Shown here: in pieces, positions 1 through 13,658 of the stretch
Layout of the letters: every line of letters begins with the position of its first letter
How positions within the stretch are numbered: position 1 is the first letter of the stretch
From: Eledone cirrhosa
Lineage: Eukaryota
Assembly: GCA_964016885.1 (NCBI GenBank)
Contig: OZ024741.1
Span: forward strand, 299,522,001-299,586,000
Length of the DNA: 64,000 bases
Direction of reading: 5' to 3'
Program-made: the position numbers and the translations under genes
The notes under the pieces: generated by a model
Told to the model about the DNA's origin: nothing
Database searches by the model: none
The model's input: only the letters and a program-made list of their open reading frames with translations

Positions 1-2837
1 GACTTTTCTCGAATTTACAGCTGAAAGATTAAATTGATATTGAATACGTTGAGATTTCAAAACATACTTTTCCTGCCATACAGAGTATTAGTTTTTGTTT
101 TGAGAATATAGTATTCTTATAGTAATCCTATTAGTCGCAGGGTATTAAGTCAGTGTGATATATAATCTACTTGCAACGTTTTTCGTATTCAGCAATTTTG
201 GCCATTTGCCATTTTACAAGAAAATTGTTACAATCAGAATTTACTAAGTTGATAAATATTCATTAAAATTTATTCTTCTCCGATCTTGGCACAAACATAT
301 AAATAAGTTTATAAAGAAATTCCTTTGAGAGACAATATGAAGCAAACGTGTTTTAGCTGTCAAATTTGATATTCCATTTTATCTACGATTATTCAGATTC
401 CCTTTTCGGCCAAAGTTTTTGGTTTTCATTGCTAAGTCAGACGCATTAGCTCACTAATCTAAAATATAATCACAAAGAGCAATGCTGTTACTGAGTAAGT
501 TTGAAAATATATTGAAGTAGGATTTATTGGTTATCTAATTTTCTACCCCCGAAGAAATATTGGTTTTATTTAATCACTAAATATAAAGATGAAATTTTAA
601 ATGAATTAGAGGGTAAATGATTATAGCTAGAATCGATTAAATTAGTATTAATATATAATATAATGTAATACTATATAATTGTTTATATTATACAATATGA
701 TTTAATATAATATAATTTAATATAATATATTATAATAGAGTAGATTATTTTGTGGGAGTGATATATACTCGATTAAGTTGAGAAACCCCGATTACTTGAT
801 TTACGTTTTTATTCCTGAAAAATTAAAAACCTATGTTAATTTTATCTGATTTAAAATTCGGAATATGATATCAGAATATAGTTAAATGCTGCGAGTTAAA
901 TCGGTGCTTTCTGAATACTAAATACTGAGATTTTAAACCAACCCACATCGAATACAAAGACCGTATCCTAACAAAATACCACAAGGATACATTTCTCACA
1001 CCATTATGCATCTTCTGCACTTTGAAGTGAATCAATAGAAAACTTCTAAATAAAATTATGCATGGTGTATTTGGAAAAAAGACATTTGTATCTCTGAGCG
1101 ACGGAAATTAATATAACCTCATACTGCGCAATATAATAACAAATTGTGTGCATTTAGAAGACCATAACGTTTACTTTGTGCAGATGAATGCATAATACTA
1201 CACACAATACGACTACTTGCTCATTATAAATAACATTGACCTATCTAACCATATTTAAAAGTGAAATTCTATTTTTCCGTCTTCCTATAAATCTGCTTTA
1301 TGCTTTGATGCAGTTTCAAGTGAAAATTCAGTTTCAACTCAACTAGTGCCATGACCAATAAAATAGGTTAAGTCCAGCTTTAAATTTCGAGATTACGAGT
1401 TGAGAAACAAAATATCAGGTAACTGCGAAAAGTGTTTTACAAGGATCAATTATGAGAAGAGTATGAGGGTGTTAAGGAACATAAAACGAAGTCTACGTTA
1501 ATCTGACGTATGTCACATTTTGTAGAGATAAATGTACTCTATATAGAAGACAAAAGTGTTGCATTCTTGTAAGAGGTGTCAACGTAATGGAAGCTACTCC
1601 AGCATATAATTGTCCTTGGTTTATTGTCTTCGAGAAATGAATGTTAAAGTCAGTATATTTGAAACAAGTATGTAAAGGAAGAGTTTATATTAAACTTAAT
1701 TGAGTGTTGTTCTGAATTCGGTCAGCCTTCTCTACTAATATACAGTTGAATAAAATGTTCCATTGATACGCAAATAATAATTAGGTAGAATTGAACAATG
1801 ATATTAGTAAAACTAGAAACTAAAACAGATGAAATGGAACGCTGATATAATTTAAAAAAGAAAGTAAAACAGTATTATAGTAGGATCTGGTGTAATAAAC
1901 AATGTTAAAAAAATGTGAAATTTCTGCTTAAGATTCTCCTAGCATGAACATGATAAAACAGAAACCATATTCTGTATACTGAAATAGGAAAATAAATTGT
2001 ATATATATCCGACCCGCACAAAACAAATAATCACTAAACCTATTCCTCAAACACCCAGGTTTTAAAAGAAGTATTTAACTCAAACGCAATCAATAAGCCA
2101 TACTTGTATGCAGTGCGTGATATCTTCGTCTGTTCAAAGCAATGGTCAATATCGGTAAACCTAATTCAACACAGTCTACATGACTATGAAAGCACCGTCT
2201 AATTTCCTTTCTTTGTTTTATTAGTTTAAATACGCTATTCGATTAATGTTGAACTATCATATTCATATGATTGACACTGATTATCATAGCAAGATGAGTG
2301 AGCTGATAAATTACGCCAATGTGATACGACATACACGATTATCACAGGAAGAAGCCTTGCCATAAATTCGTAAGATATATATTCAGCTAGAGACTGTAGT
2401 TTTTCAAGAAGCATCACGTACCTTACAAAATAATATGTATATGGATTATTAAGTAGTGGTGCTGATGCTGAATGAAGTATAAAGACAACATGTGTTGCAG
2501 TGTTTATTAATATAGTTTGTGAAATAGTATTTCGAAGTTCAGAGCAATATCTAAACCATTTTGGGTTTGGTTATTTAGGTTTCGATTAAAATAACGTAAT
2601 ATTGAAATTACCCAATTATAATTGCAATTGAACTTAACCAACTGAAAATCTTTACATACTAAAACTGGGTAACTAAGAAATATATCCCATATGTAATTAC
2701 AAACGTAATGTATGCCCGATCCCTGTACACACATTGAAATGGAAGTGACATTTAAATGTGTGCAGAAAATGATATTGATCGGATTCAACGATGAGTTTTG
2801 TTAAATCAATGCAACCGTCTGATCATGAAATTATAAT

Positions 2838-3025
2838 TATTTCTACTTTTGGCACAAGGCCAGCAATTACCCTGTACATTACTGGTACTTTATTTTATCG
2901 GCCCATAAGGATGAAAGGCAAAGTTAACCTCGGCGGGATTTGAAATCAAAATGGCAAGGGCAGTAACTCTATGCTAGAAAGCATGGCGTCCGACCCTCTA
3001 CGGATACTGCCAATTCACCGCCATT
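2838..3025 (-). mobile_element. tRNA-derived SINE, full-length, with 18-bp TSD
   Basis: Minus strand reads A-box-like TGGCAGTATCCG, a degenerate B-box region, the shared core GTTAACTTTGCCTTTCATCC..CGATAAAATAAAGTACCAG and an AT-rich tail. TGATCATGAAATTATAAT is duplicated at 2820-2837 and 3026-3043. Confidence 0.9.
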
Positions 3026-3878
3026 TGATCATGAAATTATAATGTCAGTTGCTGAGTACTCCATCGAAACATGTCTCTTAATGTAATTCTCAGAACGATT
3101 CAGCGGGACAAAATTTGTGACAAGGATCCTACTTTGAATTACAGGCGCAATCTATCCGAATGCTTTCGAAACAGTTTACGTCAACTCAATTCCACTCGTA
3201 AGGCATGGATAACATTCAGTTTATGTTAAATATGCCACGCAGTGCGATATAACCCAGTGCCTAATGATTGCGATGCAAACATCTTAGCCATTTAGCCAAA
3301 CTGCTTCCAGACAGATGTAAGAGATGTATGTAATTTAACAGATTCAGCAAACCTTGTATGTTAATTCATTACAAAAAACAAGTCGAAAAGTGTATTCATT
3401 GAAAGGATTATGTACATATATTCCACAGGCGTTGGTTTTTATGGATGTTGAGGAGACATAGCTATTCAAATACAATGTCATTCGCTACTTCATTATCTCG
3501 AACAAAGTGTTGATATATACCAGAAAGCATTGTGCTTCATCCAATTCACCGTCGATTTTATGATGTAACATTGTTCATAAACTGAAGTAAATATGTTTGG
3601 AAGACATAACCTATTTAGGCGGTATCAAATTATTGAAATAGCTCGTAATGTATTATTCAGATTTGTCATAATTTGTGTCCTTTTGTCTATTCATCGGTCA
3701 CCTTAGCTGGCCTCGTTCAGAGAATTTGTTATCACATTCAATAAATAACTGGACTGATTTGAGCAATTACACGAATATTAAGGCAGCGGTTTCAGTGCAT
3801 GTACAAATACACACACGCTCAGTCACACACTCAGACACACACACACTGGCAAACTCCCCCCATATATATATATATATA

Positions 3879-4957
3879 CTAGCAGCAGGACCTGGCGTTC
3901 ATCCACTGGAAACGTAGAACACCACCAGGCCAAATCCAGTAGTAGCAATGTAAGTAAGGTGGTTGCGGAAATCCTGTATGCTAAAGGAGTAAGTAAGTGT
4001 TGTGGAGCGATGTATGCCGTAAGTCTGTTCACGAATTATGTCACGGATGGGGAACATACGTCAGTATGAATGAGCGATGTAGTTAATTATGTGAAAACCA
4101 AGTAGTGATGTACGTTTAAGTAGGGATATTGAGATGAGGAAACCAGCGTGGCAACGCAACTGCAGCAGAAGGGGGTCATAGTGCAATTAGCAAAAACGCT
4201 GGGCGATACTGGTTGCACTGAGTTTACACAGCATCAAAGGTGCGACAAAAGGGGTCACCGCGGAATTAGCACAACCGCTGTTCGGCGTACTTGTGCAGGG
4301 CGTTCATACTGCGGTGTAGGTGCAACAAAAGGGGTCTTAGTAGAAGTAGCATAAACGTGAGTTTTACGGTGTCAATAACACGGCAACGTACACAGGGCCC
4401 GGGGTTGCACGTGATGAAAGCACGAATCGTCAACAGGGCGCCGACAATAATTTTAAGGTCCTCCTCATTACCTCAATCCCCTGAAAATGGTCCTGTTTAA
4501 AAGTTAGTGTTGTGTCCTCTGTTAAATAAATCAAATGTGTAACGAAATATTATACGCTACTTACCATGTTCAAGTAGCGTTTATATTGAAAATGAAAATG
4601 GCATGTAATGCCCAATGCTAATTCGTAAATTTCCTAGAAACCATTTATGGAATCAGAATTTCTTTGTCCAATCCAAATGCGAGGGGACTAACTAATGTGT
4701 GCTGCACATTTCGAGAAAATCGGCTGTATTATCTTCAAGTTACGCCTCAAAAAAGCCTAAAAAGGCCTAAGAAATGCGGTTTTTCGCCTAATGTGCGCCC
4801 TAGAGCAGAAACAGTTAACGTTTCTTAGGCCATTGCACTTCAAGAAATATAAGTAACGCATGTGTAAAGTTTGAAAAGGATCAGCCGGGTATTTCTCAAG
4901 TTTTAGAGATTTACAAAAACAGACAGACATACATCCTCAGTTCTATATATATAGAGA
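3879..4957 (-). mobile_element. Non-autonomous Helitron-like element
   Basis: Minus strand starts A|TC(TCTATATATATAGAAC), followed by a (TGTC)n microsatellite, and ends CTAG|T at 3879-3882 with a GC-rich subterminal stretch. This is the usual Helitron 5'-TC/CTAG-3' layout in an AT target. No Rep/helicase ORF. Confidence 0.6.
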
Positions 4958-6124
4958 TATATATACATAGACATATAGATATATATTACTGGTAGATCAG
5001 GTCGAATAGTAGTACCCATGCCTTTTCAGGACATTTAAGGACGCATGTGAAGAGGGATGATATTCCCTAAACGGAGAGTAGTGCGGTGTAATTGAAAAGG
5101 GCAGATTGTGTTGCTAAATCGGGTGGCAGAATAAATCTACCATCAAAGTAGGTCATGGCAGTATTTGAATTCAAAGAGGAGGAGGAAATACAGCAGGACA
5201 CTCTGATGGTTGTACCAGTCTACCAATGTAGATATTTAAATTGTTTAGCGACCTATGAAAAATGAAATGTATTGTTCAGCTCAAGATGCAATTGGGTCTC
5301 AGAGCTCAACAGGCTGGAACAAGCGATATTTCATCCGATGCTCTAACACGCCTTGCTGTTTATCTATAGATAAGGAGATGGTTAACTCATTGCCACCTCT
5401 ATAGAGCAGCATTAATGTGAAATAGACCAGTTTTTAGGATTTTGTGTCATAATATTTTCTTTCGGTAGCCATGTTAATACACGTATAGTAGTTTCAGGCA
5501 AATGCATATAGATAACTAAACAATTATTCTAATATATTCCTAAAATAAGGATTTAAACAAAAATATATCTCGAAGATTTATAACATGCTTGCAGCACTAG
5601 AATAATACTTGGAAATAATATAAGGTATCTTTATGTTAATGGCTTTTTAAGGGCACATCATGTATCACTTAAAAGCAAAATCCGCAACATATAGGTGCTA
5701 TCACACGGCTCATTCGTTCACTATTACTGGAATATAGTAGAATGAAAACGTATTACTTGTGTGACCTCATATTGCTGATTCCAACGTCATAGAAGTTAAT
5801 GAGCAAATAGATTGCTAATTAAACTTCCAGCATAAAGAATGATCGATTGGCTGAAGACCTCGGCTGTAGAATTTTGAGTAATTACTGAGCCAAGTAATTA
5901 CGTTCAGTAAATTGGCCATTATTTCTTTCAACTATGTATTGGTTGTATTGGTAAAAGAACAGGTCAGGACAAGATGTTGTTACATAGTTTCAGGTCATAT
6001 CAGATCAAGTGGACCGATGATTAAAGGCGTCTCAGTCAAGACAAATTCTTTTGCTTTGATATTGCGTTACTTATATATATGTTATCAAACTTATCCTTTT
6101 TAAAATCGCCAATGCAGAGGCATC

Positions 6125-6203
6125 CCCACCGAGGTTAACTTTGACTTTCATCCTTAAGGGGTCGATAAAATAAAGCACCAGTAATGCACTGGGATAATTG
6201 CTG
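6125..6203 (+). mobile_element. SINE fragment (same family, core only)
   Basis: CCGAGGTTAACTTTGACTTTCATCCTTAAGGGGTCGATAAAATAAAGCACCAG matches the family core. Confidence 0.8.
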
Positions 6204-6926
6204 AAACATTTATTGATAGAAACAAACGTACTGGTAGTGAACTGTACGATCTATCAAGTCAAATATAATTTGTCTGTATATTCTAAATAATGATTATCCT
6301 CAATCATGAATGTTTGAACGTGGTAATTTAGTCAATATATCTGGGTTATTAAAGAAACATTATTGTTACTGATATCACATGAGCTTCAGGTAATTTATGC
6401 CTTCCACTAGAAACACCAGTAAAATATAAACGTTTTATCTACAATTTATAACTATGTCACATACCCACTTTTACTCTATTCTGTACAACAGGCCTTGCTC
6501 AAGAAAATGGAAGACTAAACCGAAGATTCATAAAATACAAAATCTAATAATTAAAGTAACTGGTACCCAAATATGATATCACGATTTAGCGAAGTGCACA
6601 TTAAACCGGGTCTATTTAAGATACGTTCTAAATACCATCGCAATAATGTGAAAGCTATATATAAATATTAGTAAATCTTTTGAAGTATTTGATTATTTCC
6701 AAAATTATTTGAAAATCATAGGTATAATTTTCAAGAGAAATATTGTAAACAAATCGTTTGAGTATTTCATCGAATATCTTTAGCTTGGTATAAGTTTGTA
6801 TGGCAGAAACAACACAGCGGAGCAGGAACTATCAATTCTACAGGTAAATATATCATTCAAAAAGGAGGAAATGGGCGGAGTTGTGACGATCATGCCTTGC
6901 GTAATATGCTCACTATCCATTTGATA

Positions 6927-7100
6927 AATAATTGTTTCTACCAGCAATTATCCAGTGCATTACTGGTACTTTATTTTATCGAGCCCGTAAGGATGAAAGG
7001 CAAAGTTAACCTCGGCGGGATTTGAACTCAGATCATAAAGGGACGTAACTCTATGCTTCAAAGCATGGTGTCCGACTCTCTACCGATACTGCCAATCCAC
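6927..7100 (-). mobile_element. tRNA-derived SINE, near full-length
   Basis: Minus strand has A-box TGGCAGTATCGG, B-box GAGTTCAAATCCC and the family core. Confidence 0.88.
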
Positions 7101-7520
7101 TATGTTTTCATTGGACGAGCCTGGGGTGCTTTCTTGGTTGTTTACGTGGTCGTGAATGAGTCAGAGCTGAACGTGCCGAAGAGTTACAAAAATCAATGGT
7201 CTTGATTAGTTTTAAGAATGCAGAAAATAGAAATATTTATGGAATGTGAGGTCATATAAAGATTACAACAACATTCTGAATGCGGTATCAATAGAATTAA
7301 TAAGTTTATTTCTTTCACATCAATCGAAATTTATTCCTGGACAATTTAAAGTTGTATTTCCCGAATTAAGTTAGATTTCTAGGTTTATTTTACTTAAAGA
7401 GGAAACATGATCTAAAATATAACAAGAAGTATACAGCCCAAACAAAAATAAATACTGATTTGCAAAAGTGTTTTTTTATGTATGTTGGTCATTTTTTAAA
7501 ATCATTACCATTTCAAAGTA

Positions 7521-7650
7521 ATTATTATTATTATTATTATTATTATTATTTTTGTTTTTGTGGTGCTGGTGGTGGTGATGGTGGTTTTACTGCTCTCTTT
7601 GGTGATGTTGGTGCTGCTACAGTTGATGCTGTTGGTGTTGTTGTTGTTTT
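7521..7650. repeat. (TTA)n followed by degenerate (TGG/TGT/TGC)n trinucleotide repeat
   Basis: Read directly from the sequence. Confidence 0.8.
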
Positions 7651-8319
7651 AACATATTCCTGCTGATTGCTGCTTCGTGTAATTGTAAGATATTTTAATC
7701 GAAAAGAAAATGAGATATAGTTTATTTGGAAATTAAAACAGCTCGCGAATATCAAATAAAATGTGAAATAAACGAAACAAACAAGTAATTATTTACGAAA
7801 ACAGACATAAAATTACATGAAAGGATGTATTGAAAGAAAGTGTAATGACCACATATTTATAGTAGGTCTCTGCATGTAGGCTTTCTGTTTGTGAGTTTAG
7901 CATGCCAATGCGTATTCTGTTTCTATATGTTTTTCTTTAATTTATTGAACTAATTTGAAGGAAAATTTTAGGAAATAATTTTAGTAATAGTACAGTTACT
8001 ACTTCCTACCAAAACAAACATTAAACGTAATGTATAACTAACAAATTGAGAATATGCAATATTTAGATTCTTTAAGCGTATTCTAGCAAGGTAAGTACAA
8101 ATAGATATTATGTAGAGAAATTAGAAGATAACGTACCTACTTTAACAAGAATAGATAGGTGACATTCATTGGGTTCCACTGTCGATGACAGTGCATGGCA
8201 TCATGTTTAAGTTTCACTCACCATAGTTTCGCTTCGAACCAATGTCTTGTGAGAGTAATAACTTAGTCTTGGCTAATGTTTATCTCAAACCTGGAGGCTT
8301 ATCAAGTTGGTGCTTATCC

Positions 8320-8480
8320 CGGTTTTATGGTGTGACGAGTCTGATAGTACAAGACCCGTTTTTAGGCAGGACACCGATGCATCGAATGTTTAAACATCCC
8401 AGCTATTGTTGATATTTATTTTCAGCGGAGTATACTGGAGCAACGTACAATGAAATGATTTGCTCAAGAACAAAACAAAC
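8320..8480 (-). mobile_element. Degenerate fragment of a second SINE family (CORE-like)
   Basis: CTGGAGCAACGTACAATGAAATGATTTGCTCAAGAACAAAAC resembles the reverse complement of a CORE-type SINE domain (TTGTGTCCTTGAGCAAG..CACGTTGCTCCAG). Recognised from memory, not aligned. Confidence 0.4.
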
Positions 8481-8877
8481 ACACCCAGCCCATAAAGAAG
8501 CCACGACATCATGTCGTAAGTCCAACACCGATACAACGCGCCTCCACTCGAGTGAAATATTGTAGATTGGAAACTCCTTGGGAGTCGACTGGATTGATTG
8601 TACCTCTATTTCACGGTTCACTCTAGTCATAGTCTGCATTAAGGGTGCTCGTGACTGTCAAACAGTCAGCCACATCACTGTTAATTTTTCGAGCAGCTTC
8701 TTCCATTGATCGAACAACTGGACAAATTTTCCTTGAAACTATATACATGGATGCATGTATGTACATATGTATGAATTTATATATGTATGTATTTATTTAT
8801 GTATGTATGTATGCATGTATGTATGCATTTATGTATGCATGTATGTATGTGTGTATGTATGCATGCATGTTGCAACT

Positions 8878-9317
8878 CTGATGGTATCCAATGATGTTGA
8901 CTTGTTCTTCTTTTTGGTAAATATCATCTTGGTTAAGAGAGTGGGACTGGCTTTGTGCAGTGCCTTTGCTCACTATAAAAGCTTCACGACACAGGCATTG
9001 CTTTATATCTAGAGATCTCTCTGCACTTGTCGTCACATGGTGCTATGGGCCCAGCACTATGTGTTAATAATTGTCACAAGTGTAGTGTTTGTACCAGAGT
9101 TTTCAAGTCGCTGGCTGGACTAAAAGTCACACTTGTTCAGCCCATTGATAGGGGTTCTCCTACATGGATATAAAGTAGTGGCCGTACTCGAAAACGAGTT
9201 GGCAGCCACCATGCATGCATGTATGTATGCATTTATGGGTATATGTATGTACATGTGCATTTATGTATGTATATATGTATTTATGTGTGTATGTATATAT
9301 GAATATATGTATGTATG

Positions 9318-9351
<34 letters not shown>

Positions 9352-9819
9352 TGTATGTATGTATGTATGTATGTATGTATGTATGTATGTATGTATGTAT
9401 CCAAAATCACCGGAAGAGATGACCCCTTAGCCTTTGTCAAGGCAGAATTCTAGGAGAGGGAAAACTCTGAGATAACACCTGCGACCCTGATGGTATCCAA
9501 TGATGTTGACTTGTTCTTCTTTTTGGTAAATATCATCTTGGTTAAGAGAGTGGGACTGGCTTTATGCAGCGCCTTTGCTCACTATAAAAGCTTCACGACA
9601 CAGGCATTGCTTTATATCTAGAGATCTCTCTGCACTTGTCGTCACATGGTACCATGGGCCCAGCACTATGTGTCAATAGTTGTCACGAGTGTAGTGTTTG
9701 TACCAGAGTTTTCAAGTCGCTGGCTGGACTAAAAAGTCACACTCGTTCAGCGCATCTGTAGGGGTTCTCTTACATGGATATAAAGTAGTGGCCGTACTCG
9801 AAAACGAGTTGGCAGCCAC
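8878..9819 (+). repeat. Direct duplication of a ~332-bp unit (8878-9209 and 9487-9819), each copy followed by ATGT-type repeats
   Basis: Both copies run CTGATGGTATCCAATGATG...GTTGGCAGCCAC and are highly similar. A long (TATG)n tract at 9211-9400 separates them. Confidence 0.9.
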
Positions 9820-10868
9820 TATGTATGCATGTATATTCTTCTGGTTTTATTATTTAATAAATGTTCACCAATAGAGAGAGAGAGACAGAGTCGGTTTCTA
9901 ACAGAAACAATACTTTTTCTTTTGAATTCAGACATCAACTACGTACATAAGTGGTAAATGTATGTTTGAATATGATTGTATGTACATATTTGGATGTTAT
10001 TGTATGCGGATCTATATGTTTTGAGTGAGATATGAATACCTGCATATATTTCTATATTTTATTCCTACATATGTACATGCACTTATCGCATTCTAAAATT
10101 CTGAAATGTTTTGCATATTTTTACAGTTCTATTAATGGACTAAACTTGTAACTTCCTAACTAACCGTGCTGTTTCTGAAACTGAGTGTGCAGCGTCTCTA
10201 GAATTGTACTGAAGCAGTTAGTAACATATCCAAGAACCCTAATGATCACCGGTACAATTTATATAAATGTGTCTATATATATATATATATATATATGAAA
10301 ATATTGTCCTCAATGTCGTTGTGTTTTCAAACATGGTAGTGTATCATTACTTTTGTAAGGCCTTAACCACTTAAACGCGCCCTTTATGGTCAATGGGCCG
10401 TAACGCATCTCACTTCAATAAACATAATATATGTGGATTGATCGCAGTACGTTAATCTAACGGAATTGTCATCAATTAGTGAATTGTATTTGCGCATGAA
10501 ATAGTGGCATCGGCAGTATCATGTAATATAATTATGTTTAGTTAGACCTGACTACTTCAGACTTTAGTGACTGGGTACTTGAACCGAACATATTCTAAGT
10601 ATATAAACTTCACTGTACTTAGTATGCACTACATTTAACTATGCGATTCAGTAACAACTGCAGTTCTTACAGTACATATACATTGGACAAATATGATATT
10701 TGTTTTGTACATTGTCTTGTAGATAGCAATTATGGAGTCCTATATGATAAGTATTACACTACTATACACTATTCGGTTCATTTGAGAGTGAACCTTTCTA
10801 CTGTATACAGGGTATTTGAGACGTCATTTTATTATTTATACTATTGCCAAGAGTATGTTAATGATAAT

Positions 10869-11049
10869 TGTTTCTACTTTAGGCACAAGGCCAGCAATTA
10901 CCTAGTGCATTACTGGTACTTTATTTTATCGACCCCGTAAGGATGAAAGGCAAAGTCAACCTCGGCGGGATTTGAACTCAGATCGTAAAGGGACGTAACT
11001 ATGGTGGAAAGCATGGCGTCCGACCCTCTACCGATACTGCCAATCCACC
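10869..11049 (-). mobile_element. tRNA-derived SINE, full-length, 9-bp TSD
   Basis: A/B boxes and core present. AATGATAAT is duplicated at 10860-10868 and 11050-11058. Confidence 0.9.
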
Positions 11050-11598
11050 AATGATAATGCAGTCGCAGAAGAATATATGAGAAATTAGCCGTTGAGAGAG
11101 ACGGTTGGGGTGGGGGGTGGGGTTAAATAGAGAAATAAGCAGAGTGAGAGACTATTATATGTTGTTATGTTCCTTATATTCTTAGTTAAGTAGGTTGATA
11201 AGAGGTATTCATTAGAAGTCAAGTATGTGTGTGTAAATAATAATGAGCTTTCTATATCTGATCATATACTAACGAAGACCAGGTGATCTTCAAAATGTAC
11301 GTACAGCATGTATAAATACATACCCACACATGAGCAGTCTCATACACAAGTGATACACACATAAATACACAAATAAACATACACAGACACAGTAACACAT
11401 ATATATATATATATGTTATATACATACACACACTCATGCACTGTATATATATATCTGTGTGTGTGTGTGTATATGTGTTTGTGTGTGTGTGTATGTCTGT
11501 GTATGTCTGTGTGTGTCTGTGTATGTGTATATGTATATGCATGTATATATGCACGCACACAGGGCCATACCGGGACACCCTCTCGATATACATACATG

Positions 11599-11640
<42 letters not shown>

Positions 11641-11643
<3 letters not shown>

Positions 11644-11841
11644 AAAAGTATATAGGAAAAAGTATGACCCCGACGGCAGAGCTCAAGCCGTTTCGACGGC
11701 TATTTCTGGACAGAAATAGCCGTCGAAATGGCTTGATCTCTGACGTCGGGGTCATAATTTTTCCTATTTCCCACTCTACTACCCTAAGTATTGAGTACTC
11801 TGGTGCGTTATGGTCCATCTGGTTCCTTACCACAATTCCTT

Positions 11842-11846
<5 letters not shown>
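11641..11846. mobile_element. Short (TA)n-embedded element with a 116-bp palindrome
   Basis: Palindrome at 11652-11767 centred on CTG-GA-CAG. The ~85-bp unique arm is shared with 34628-34754 and 36656-36773. (TA)n flanks both sides. Confidence 0.8.
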
Positions 11847-11898
<52 letters not shown>

Positions 11899-11989
11899 AA
11901 GAAACGGAGAATCAGTGTTGCGACGAATAAAATTTATTAAATATATTAACATCGTTTCTCTGGCGACCAGTTCGAGGCACGATCGATGT

Positions 11990-12546
11990 AATGATCGAAC
12001 CTGACTCTGAAATCGCAAGGTCCTCAGATACGTCTCGATTCTACGAAGCAGTGTTTCCAAATGTCCAGTTACACACGCGGCCCTCACTCGGCACCTTAGA
12101 TCCTGTTGTTGTCATTCTATGAGTGGTCAAGAATTGTACACGTTATCGGTATTTTTGGCCACTCATCGTTGTCCTATATTTGGTTCCTTTCATTCACCAC
12201 ATGTCAATCAAAGTTGTTTCTTAAATCGGAATTACTACTGTAGGAGGTGAGGGGTTGTATGATTGACCCGCTCACTTATACACCCACAGCGATCACGTAC
12301 ACACCCGCAACTGTATTATATTCGACAAACACAGTAGATATTGAATGTGCAGCGAAGACTTAGAAAGAATTTTTAAAATAAAGGAAAATCATTTAACAGA
12401 ACATTTCAGAAAAACACTGCCACAGAATACCTTAAAAAACATATGTTTCAAAACGAAAAAAACCCTGTAAAAGGAACGTTTAAAAAGAATGCTTGAAATA
12501 GCCTCTCAAAAAAGTTAATTCAAAGGTATTCTTGATAAATATAAAC

Positions 12547-12578
<32 letters not shown>

Positions 12579-13273
12579 TGTACTCGGAAAAGCGTATATA
12601 GTTAAGACGCTGCGCATATATACAGATGAAGAAAAAGATCTACACATACACATGCAATAACTTACACAAACATGTTCATACAAGTACATCCACCCAGGCA
12701 TAGATACACATGCATGTATGCATATGTGCGTGGACACACATACATACATGGGCATGCTTATTCATCTAAAAAAAAGCACCTACTTGATTAATACCTACAT
12801 ATCAACACGCACACGCAACTGTGCACATGGTGCATAAAGTATTATATGAGACAACATTCTTGAGGCTTGTATCCAACTCCTTCATGTGGCGATATAAGCC
12901 TGAAAGTGCATGCACAATATGCATAAATATAGGTGCCACCGATGTTATCTGTGATTAGGCCATGGCTACTACGTAGCTATTACATTTATGCGGTTCAATC
13001 ATACAACACCTTACCTCCTACAGTAGTAATTCCGATTTAAGAAACAACTTTGATTGAGAGGTGGCAAATGAAAGGAACAAAATATAGGACAGCCATGTGT
13101 GGGCAAAAATACCGATGACGTGTACAATTCTTGACCACTCATAGCATTCTATGCTACAACAGTATCTAAGCTGCCGAGTGAGGGCCGCGGGTGTAACTGG
13201 ACACTTGGAAATTATGCTTCGTAGAATCGAGACGTATCTGAGGACCTTGCGATTTCAGAGTCAGGTTCGATCA
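11990..13273. repeat. Long inverted repeat, ~280-bp arms (11990-12271 / 12990-13273)
   Basis: GAACCTGACTCTGAAATCGCAAGGTCCTCAGATACG... recurs in reverse complement at ~13230-13270. The arms can be followed to GATTGACCCGC / GCGGTTCAATC. Confidence 0.88.
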
Positions 13274-13582
13274 GTACGAATATGATACTCTGGTGTGTAA
13301 GAGCATCGAGTGCTCAAACGGCCTACCGCTTACGGACGCTTTAAGTATCACACACCAATTTTATATATATATATATAGTAAGAATATTTTCGAAACAGCG
13401 AGTGCGTTTGAAATTATTAGTAATGCAAGCTATCGCCGTATTTTGACTAAATAAATTAAAGAAATTATTTAGCCTGATAGTGGGGTTAAGAACCCTCGGA
13501 GAAATGGAAAAAAGATGAGTATTGACGTACATATATATATATATATGGGGAGGGGGTGTATATCCGTGTGTGCGTGCACATC

Positions 13583-13647
<65 letters not shown>

Positions 13648-13658
13648 GTGTGTGTGTG

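Noticed and set aside
2235-2788. Two short minus-strand ORFs
   Set aside because: No homology cues, and their lengths are expected by chance.
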